NCBI GenBank assembly: GCA_964562805.1
Contig: CAZLUT010000003.1
Span: forward strand, 6,707-70,706
DNA length: 64,000 bases
Origin: an uncultured bacterium
GTDB taxonomy: Bacteria; Omnitrophota; Omnitrophia; Omnitrophales; CAZLUT01
Reading direction: 5' to 3'
The notes under the pieces are model-generated. The model was not told the origin of the DNA, did not search any database, and saw only the letters and a program-made list of their open reading frames with translations. The position numbers and the translations under genes are program-made. Position 1 is the stretch's first letter. The number at the start of each line of letters is the position of its first letter. Positions 58,819 through 64,000 of the stretch are shown here, in pieces.

Positions 58819-60321
58819 CTATAAGACCTCAGACTTCAGACCGGAGACTTCAGACTTAGAAGCAATCCAGCTGTTAACAACTTTTTTATCAGAAAAATAT
58901 TTTTTTTCGGTGCCAATGATTTGATAATCCTCATGCCCTTTGCCTAAAATCAAAAGAATATCGTGTGGGCGAGCATCTTCCAAGGCTTTTTTAATCGCTT
59001 CTTCCCTGTCCGGAATCCGACAATAGGGCTTAGAAAGATTAGCGGTAATATTATCCAAAATTTGTTCCGGATTTTCGGTTCGCGGATTATCTGAAGTAAC
59101 AAAAATCTTATCCGAAAAATTCTGGACCGCCTCAGCCATCAGAGGGCGTTTGGTTTTATCGCGATCACCTCCGCAGCCAAAAATAGTTATAACTTTTCCT
59201 TTTTCTCCAATTTTTATTTCAGAGACTGAACGTAAGACATTCGTAATCGCATCCGGCGTATGGGCATAATCAACAAAGACCGTAAATGGCAATTCGGCAC
59301 CGACCCTCTCCATGCGCCCCGGAATCCCCTGAAACTCAGTCAAACGTGGGATAACTTCTTCCGGCTGAATATCCTCGAGAGAGACGGCCGTTAAAGCTGC
59401 TACTAAATTAGAAACATTGTAATTACAGACAAGCGAGGAGGTAATTGAATAAACCGCACCTCTAAAATGCCATTTAAAACTCACACCATCAAGGTTTGAA
59501 ATGATATCAGAAGCCCACGAGTCAGCCTCCTCTCTTATCGAATAAGTCACCACTTCTCGCCCTTCGGCTCTCAGGTCTTGAATCAATTTTCTTCCATATT
59601 CATCATCTTGATTAATGATACATTTTTCCGGCGTATGCTCCGAAAAAAGCTTTTTTTTGGAATTAAAATAATCGTCAAGTGTCGAATGATAATCTAAATG
59701 GTCCTGTGTCAAATTAGTGAATATTGCTGTTTCAAATTTGTAATCTGAAAGTCGTTTTTGTTTTAAGGCGTGAGAAGAGACTTCCAACACGCCGTATCGG
59801 ATATTTCCTTTAACCGCCAAGTCCATTAACCGCGTCATCTCCATTATCCCCGGCGTTGTATTTGAAGCACTGAATCTCTTATCTTTAATGCGATACTCAA
59901 CAGTCCCAATTAAAAAAGAATTATTTTCCGGGTTAAGTAAAAAATCGATCAAATAAGAAACGGTTGTTTTGCCGTTGGTGCCCGTAATCCCGACCAATTT
60001 TATTTTTTTTGCCGGATCACCGTAAAATTGTTTTACAATTTTGGGAAATATTTCTTTGGTGTCATTACACTGAATCCAAGTAATGTCCCGAGAAGGCGTT
60101 CGAGGAACGGTCTCACAGAGAATTGCCCGAGCTCCCTTTTCAATCGCCTCCTCGATAAACTGATGGCCGTCCCGCACCTCACCCCGTAAAGCCACGTAAA
60201 GACAGCCGGGCTTCGTCTCTCTTGAATCTGAGGTTAAAAAACTAAAGGCTTGATCCGGATTCCCCCAAATTTTTAAATCAGAATAACATTTAAAAAATTC
60301 CGTTATTTTTTTCACAACCAT
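58819..60321 (-). CDS. murE: UDP-MurNAc-tripeptide synthetase MurE (meso-DAP type)
   Basis: GTNGKTT, TTP, EVSSH, DHLDYH, DYAHTPD, FGCGGDRD, DNPR specificity motif, GKGHE. Confidence 0.96.
   Translation of the reverse strand: MVVKKITEFFKCYSDLKIWGNPDQAFSFLTSDSRETKPGCLYVALRGEVRDGHQFIEEAIEKGARAILCETVPRTPSRDITWIQCNDTKEIFPKIVKQFYGDPAKKIKLVGITGTNGKTTVSYLIDFLLNPENNSFLIGTVEYRIKDKRFSASNTTPGIMEMTRLMDLAVKGNIRYGVLEVSSHALKQKRLSDYKFETAIFTNLTQDHLDYHSTLDDYFNSKKKLFSEHTPEKCIINQDDEYGRKLIQDLRAEGREVVTYSIREEADSWASDIISNLDGVSFKWHFRGAVYSITSSLVCNYNVSNLVAALTAVSLEDIQPEEVIPRLTEFQGIPGRMERVGAELPFTVFVDYAHTPDAITNVLRSVSEIKIGEKGKVITIFGCGGDRDKTKRPLMAEAVQNFSDKIFVTSDNPRTENPEQILDNITANLSKPYCRIPDREEAIKKALEDARPHDILLILGKGHEDYQIIGTEKKYFSDKKVVNSWIASKSEVSGLKSEVL
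58822..58856. repeat. Heptamer tandem repeat, family A, inside the murE 3' end
   Basis: taagacc/tcagact/tcagacc/ggagact/tcagact, encoding the C-terminal SEVSGLKSEVL tail. Confidence 0.55.
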
Positions 60322-60734
60322 CAGCTTCTTCGCGTTAAAGCTTCGATTTTTAAGATTCCTTCGCGTCGTAGTTCATCTAAAAGTCCGACAACATCGCCAT
60401 AGGGCGTCTTCTGATCGGCCTTCAGCACAACCGGCAATGATTTTTCATAAAAACTCCATCCTCTAACTTTTGCTATCAACGCTTTTTTACTGACCGTAAC
60501 TCCATCTAGGCTATAAGTTCCGTTTTTTTGGATATTAATTTCATGGTTTTTTTGGGTCGTCGCTGGCTTTGAACTTTTCGCTTTTGGTAAATTAAGTTCC
60601 AGAGCTCCCAATCGATCAAACGTCGTAGATAAAGCAAAAAAGATTAAAAGGATAAACAAAACATCGACTAGGGATGTCACATTGATAAACAGCTGACGGC
60701 GTCTATGTTTTGAAAGGTGAGGTTCTAGCCACAT
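60321..60734 (-). CDS. exbD: ExbD/TolR family protein
   Basis: NVTSLVDVLFILLIFF TM with the conserved Asp, LNLP, LKAD...YG. Confidence 0.9.
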   Translation of the reverse strand: MWLEPHLSKHRRRQLFINVTSLVDVLFILLIFFALSTTFDRLGALELNLPKAKSSKPATTQKNHEINIQKNGTYSLDGVTVSKKALIAKVRGWSFYEKSLPVVLKADQKTPYGDVVGLLDELRREGILKIEALTRRS

Positions 60735-60740
60735 ATTATT

Positions 60741-61361
60741 TTAAGCTTTTGAAGCTCGGGTATTGATAAGTCCTTTGAGTTCAGCAATATAGAGCTTTCC
60801 GCATTCTTCGATCACCAACAAAAGCTTTTCCGCTTTTTTTGAAAAAAAGGTATAAGCAATCAAAGCAGGTACTGCGATGATCAAGCCGGTAATTGTAGTG
60901 ATCAAAGCCTCTGATATTCCTTGAGAAAGTGCCAGGGAATTACCCGCTCCCCCTGATGCAAGGCCATGAAAAATACTCACCATCCCCAATACGGTTCCCA
61001 AAAGACCTAATAAAGGACTGGTTGTCGCAATAATATTTAAAATTTCTAATCGTTTTTCAAGTTCTTGCCATATTCTTTTAAAATAAGAGTGGGCTAATTC
61101 TTCTAAAATTTCTTTAGAAACATAGTTTTTCTGGTTAATCTGGGCGAGAAACCGGCTTAAGACCGTAGGGTTTGATTGAATTAATAATTCGACATCTTGA
61201 AGCGACCTCCCCTCCTCGAGAGCTTGGACAATCGGCTCGGATATAACTTGCGCGCGATGAAGCTTGATAGCTCTTTCAATGATAACCGCGAGCATAATAA
61301 CTGAAAATATCAATAAAGGAACCATTACCCAGCCGCCCTTTAAAATCCACTCAGGATTCAT
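60741..61361 (-). CDS. exbB: MotA/TolQ/ExbB proton channel family protein
   Basis: GGWVMVPL, SPLLGLLGTVLGM, GISEALITT..GL; start set at MNPEW. Confidence 0.9.
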   Translation of the reverse strand: MNPEWILKGGWVMVPLLIFSVIMLAVIIERAIKLHRAQVISEPIVQALEEGRSLQDVELLIQSNPTVLSRFLAQINQKNYVSKEILEELAHSYFKRIWQELEKRLEILNIIATTSPLLGLLGTVLGMVSIFHGLASGGAGNSLALSQGISEALITTITGLIIAVPALIAYTFFSKKAEKLLLVIEECGKLYIAELKGLINTRASKA

Positions 61362-62049
61362 TAGAAACACTCTCTTTCTCCCGGACATTGATCCGGATTA
61401 AATCAGATTGCAAACTAATAAGCGGATGCGTTAAGTCTCCGCTTAATTTAAACTGAAAAGTTAAAGGTTTTCCCAAATTTTCCGATTTTTGATTTTTGGA
61501 AAATAAATTTTGATTCAAGCTTTTGAAAGTCTCGAGAAGCTCCGGTGAGCTGACCCGGAGAGTTGCCTTGAGATCCGAATTACCGCGGCCCTCACGAACC
61601 AATTTTCCTTTAGCTTCAAACATAATTCCGTTACCTCTAATGCTGCAGCTTTGAACCAAAATTCCCTTACCTGAAAATACAACTATTTTAGCATCTAAAA
61701 CATCAAAGGTTGCTTTCGAAAAAAAAGAATTAATTAAATTGTCATTCGTTTCTAAAGATAAGTTATTCGCTTTGATTTGAAGCGGGGCTTGACCCAAAAG
61801 CGTTTCGAGAGGCGAAAATTTAATCCGGCCGCGGCTAGCCCTGATCTGAAACGATTTCTTTTTTGAAATTTTAAGATCTTTAAAATGAATCGCCCCCAAC
61901 AAAAAGGGGCTTAAATTCTTTCCGGTAATTTCAATTTCGGCTCCGCGTTCTAAGCGCAGCAAAAGAATTTTTTGGGATAGAGGTGTAATCAAAAAATACA
62001 AAAGCCCTGCCACGAATACCGTGAGCAGGACTTTGGTTATGATTTTCAA
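61351..62049 (-). CDS. Membrane-anchored beta-rich hypothetical protein (AsmA/GspN-like)
   Basis: N-terminal anchor, beta-strand pattern, C-terminal FKLSGDLTHP motif as seen in AsmA/GspN-like proteins (inference). Confidence 0.55.
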   Translation of the reverse strand: MKIITKVLLTVFVAGLLYFLITPLSQKILLLRLERGAEIEITGKNLSPFLLGAIHFKDLKISKKKSFQIRASRGRIKFSPLETLLGQAPLQIKANNLSLETNDNLINSFFSKATFDVLDAKIVVFSGKGILVQSCSIRGNGIMFEAKGKLVREGRGNSDLKATLRVSSPELLETFKSLNQNLFSKNQKSENLGKPLTFQFKLSGDLTHPLISLQSDLIRINVREKESVSNES

Positions 62050-62061
62050 TTACTGATTAAC

Positions 62062-62721
62062 CTAGCTAATGGATTTCTTAGGCAGCAGCTCCTGAATCCG
62101 CTTGGGAGAAACAATAATTTCAACGCGTCTATTTTTCTGTCTTCCCGCCACACTTGCGTTATCAGCCACTGGGCTATATTCTCCATAACCGCAAACAACA
62201 AGCCGTGATGGATTAACTCCTTTTTCAATCAGAAAATGCAGCACCCCGTTAGCACGGGCGGTTGAAAGTTCCCAGTTTGATTTCCAGGCGGAATATTTGA
62301 TCGGAGCACTGTCCGTATGGCCCTCAATATAAACCATATTAGAAGGTACGGTCGTATTCAAGATATTAGCCACCTTTTCAAGCGTCGCTTCGGATGAGGT
62401 TTTAAGGTCCGCTTTTCCCGAGTCGAAAAGGACTTTGTTTAGTACTGTTATAACAAGGCCGCGCTCCTTTAGCGCCAAATTTAAATCGCCCGCTGAGAGT
62501 TCGGGCTTCAGCTTTTCTTCCAAGCTTTTTTTGGCATCAAGAAGCTCTTCGCGGGACTTGGAAAGAACATTGAGCTCTGTATTAAGCCTTGCGATTTCGT
62601 TGTTCAGCTTTTCAACAGCGCGCTGCTGGTCAATATTTTGTTGTTCTAACTGTTTGTGCTTCGCGCAACCGGTGAGCGCAACCAGTATCAGTAACGGTGC
62701 TATTAAAATAAATCGTTTCAT
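62062..62721 (-). CDS. OmpA/MotB-domain lipoprotein with coiled coil
   Basis: LTGC lipobox; LFDSGKA, IEGHTD, NWELSTARA, NRRVEI; GGAGG RBS. Confidence 0.9.
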   Translation of the reverse strand: MKRFILIAPLLILVALTGCAKHKQLEQQNIDQQRAVEKLNNEIARLNTELNVLSKSREELLDAKKSLEEKLKPELSAGDLNLALKERGLVITVLNKVLFDSGKADLKTSSEATLEKVANILNTTVPSNMVYIEGHTDSAPIKYSAWKSNWELSTARANGVLHFLIEKGVNPSRLVVCGYGEYSPVADNASVAGRQKNRRVEIIVSPKRIQELLPKKSIS

Positions 62722-62731
62722 AAACCCTCCT

Positions 62732-62950
62732 CTAGAAATGAATTGGGAACCAGCTGTTGATTGACTGATAAATCTGCTGGCTCATTTTTGGATTAAAAAC
62801 ATCACTTACGAGCATTCCAAGACCTAAAATCAAAAAAAGTAAGCTTAACGATAAAAGAAAGCCATATTTTTTTGGAAGCGACTGGATAAGGGGGGGCGCG
62901 ATCGAAATAGGCGCCGGTCCTTCAATTTTAATGCCAAGTTTTTGAGACAC
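62732..62950 (-). CDS. Small single-TM hypothetical protein
   Basis: Fills the gap between the HD-GYP and OmpA genes; one hydrophobic helix. Confidence 0.55.
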   Translation of the reverse strand: MSQKLGIKIEGPAPISIAPPLIQSLPKKYGFLLSLSLLFLILGLGMLVSDVFNPKMSQQIYQSINSWFPIHF

Positions 62951-64000
62951 CTAATTGGCCCTCCACTCTTTATGTTTTTGTGCTAACTTCAAAAAGCTTT
63001 TTACCACGGCGGGGTCAAATTGTCTTCCACTTTCTTTTTCGATCTCTTTTAAAGCTCTGAGGGTTGACGTTTTTTTTCGATAGGGCCGATCTGAAGTCAT
63101 TGCCGTAAAAGCATCAACAACAGCGATAATCCTGCCTCCTAATGGAATTTTATCTCCCTTTAACCCCTGAGGATAGCCTTTTCCGTCAAAACGCTCATGG
63201 TGCGTTAAAATCAGCGGTAAAACAGGTTTTAAAGAATGAATGGATTCCAAAACCCGGGCTCCAATCAGAGGATGTTTTTTGATTTGAGCAAATTCTTTTG
63301 GCGTCAATTTTCGAGTCTTAGAAAATATCTTGTCAGAAATGCCGGCGTGCCCCACATCCAGCAATGATGTTGCCTGTTCGACACAAGCCCGCGCTTCTCT
63401 GCCCATATGTAGATCCCGGGCAATTTCGACTGCTATTTTTTTAAAAAAAGGCGAGCTGACATTAGTGCTTCTTTGGTTGAGCTCCAGCATTTCATTAATT
63501 GATTGAATGCTGCCTTCTGTGATTTTCTCGCTCTCTTCAAAAAGCTCGGCGTTTTTAATGGCCAAAACAGCCTGTTCGCTCATAGTTTTCAAAATCTCTA
63601 AATCAACGCGAGTAAACGGCTGGTTATCTTTCTTGTTTTCTAAAACGATGATCCCGGCAACATCGTCTTTAATTAAAGGTACGATAACTTTACTTTTTTG
63701 CAGTATAAATTCTCCGGTATCCGCCGACTTCCCCTCCGCACCTTGACCCAATTTAATTTGAGCGGTTCTTTTACGGTCTCCGATAGAAATCCGGGGAATT
63801 AAAACTGTTAAGTGTTCATTCAAAAGGTATATGGTGCAATCTTTGGCATTAACAATTTGAGCAGCCAGTCTTGCGACCCGGGGCAGCAGATCTTCAATTG
63901 AAAGTGATTGCCGGATAAGCCGATGAACCGAATGCATCGTTGATAAGGCAACTGCTCGAGGATGAACTGTTTCATAAAAATTATGGAGTTCATGTGTTCT
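62951..64000 (-). CDS. GAF plus HD-GYP domain protein (5' end probably outside window; HD motif degenerate)
   Basis: Frame stays open from the ATG at 63937 to the window end; HHERFDGKGYP, VVDAFTAM, RPYR, QFDP; LLDVG in place of LHDIG. Confidence 0.88.
   Translation of the reverse strand, partial: RTHELHNFYETVHPRAVALSTMHSVHRLIRQSLSIEDLLPRVARLAAQIVNAKDCTIYLLNEHLTVLIPRISIGDRKRTAQIKLGQGAEGKSADTGEFILQKSKVIVPLIKDDVAGIIVLENKKDNQPFTRVDLEILKTMSEQAVLAIKNAELFEESEKITEGSIQSINEMLELNQRSTNVSSPFFKKIAVEIARDLHMGREARACVEQATSLLDVGHAGISDKIFSKTRKLTPKEFAQIKKHPLIGARVLESIHSLKPVLPLILTHHERFDGKGYPQGLKGDKIPLGGRIIAVVDAFTAMTSDRPYRKKTSTLRALKEIEKESGRQFDPAVVKSFLKLAQKHKEWRAN

Noticed and set aside
60741-62721. Flagellar stator motAB
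   Set aside because: The OmpA/MotB protein is a lipoprotein lacking the MotB TM Asp helix, the channel protein pairs with an ExbD, and no flagellar genes are nearby.

Overview
Bacterial chromosomal window of about 40% GC (estimated by eye), read with the standard genetic code 11. Almost all genes lie on the minus strand; only mtfA and one TPR gene are on +. Two PVC-restricted markers (the small basic 'PVC signature' protein at 21548-21772 and a Minf_1886-type protein at 43278-43733), a peptidoglycan dcw cluster and PilZ genes suggest a PVC-superphylum organism, most plausibly Candidatus Omnitrophota (inference). Reading in transcription order from right to left: a GAF plus degenerate HD-GYP gene, an OmpA/MotB lipoprotein and ExbB/ExbD lead directly into an atypical dcw cluster (murE-mraY-murD-ftsW-murG-murC-murB-ddl-ftsQ-ftsA; no ftsI, murF or ftsZ in the cluster). 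Then come the glycine cleavage genes with a lipoyl transferase; pcrA, mazG, a PTPS/QueD variant and recN; peptidases, batDE and yciH/SUI1; trpBA-ruvX-M16-rpe-lepA-lepB; SPOR/PilZ/YajQ genes; a glycerolipid-catabolism cluster (glpK, glpD, cNMP-ParA/MinD-patatin fusion, acyl-CoA synthetase, lysophospholipase); a Wza/Wzc/beta-barrel polysaccharide export locus; and a secreted JAB/MPN-motif protein that runs off the left edge. Main oddities: yciH/SUI1 appears to start at a non-canonical ATT codon, two intergenic + strand structured-RNA candidates, an in-frame TGA splitting the O-antigen ligase gene, a Cys-to-Asp PTPS variant, and two families of transcription-oriented heptamer repeats. I saw no rRNA, tRNA, CRISPR array or transposase. 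All calls come from reading motifs by eye; no searches were run.
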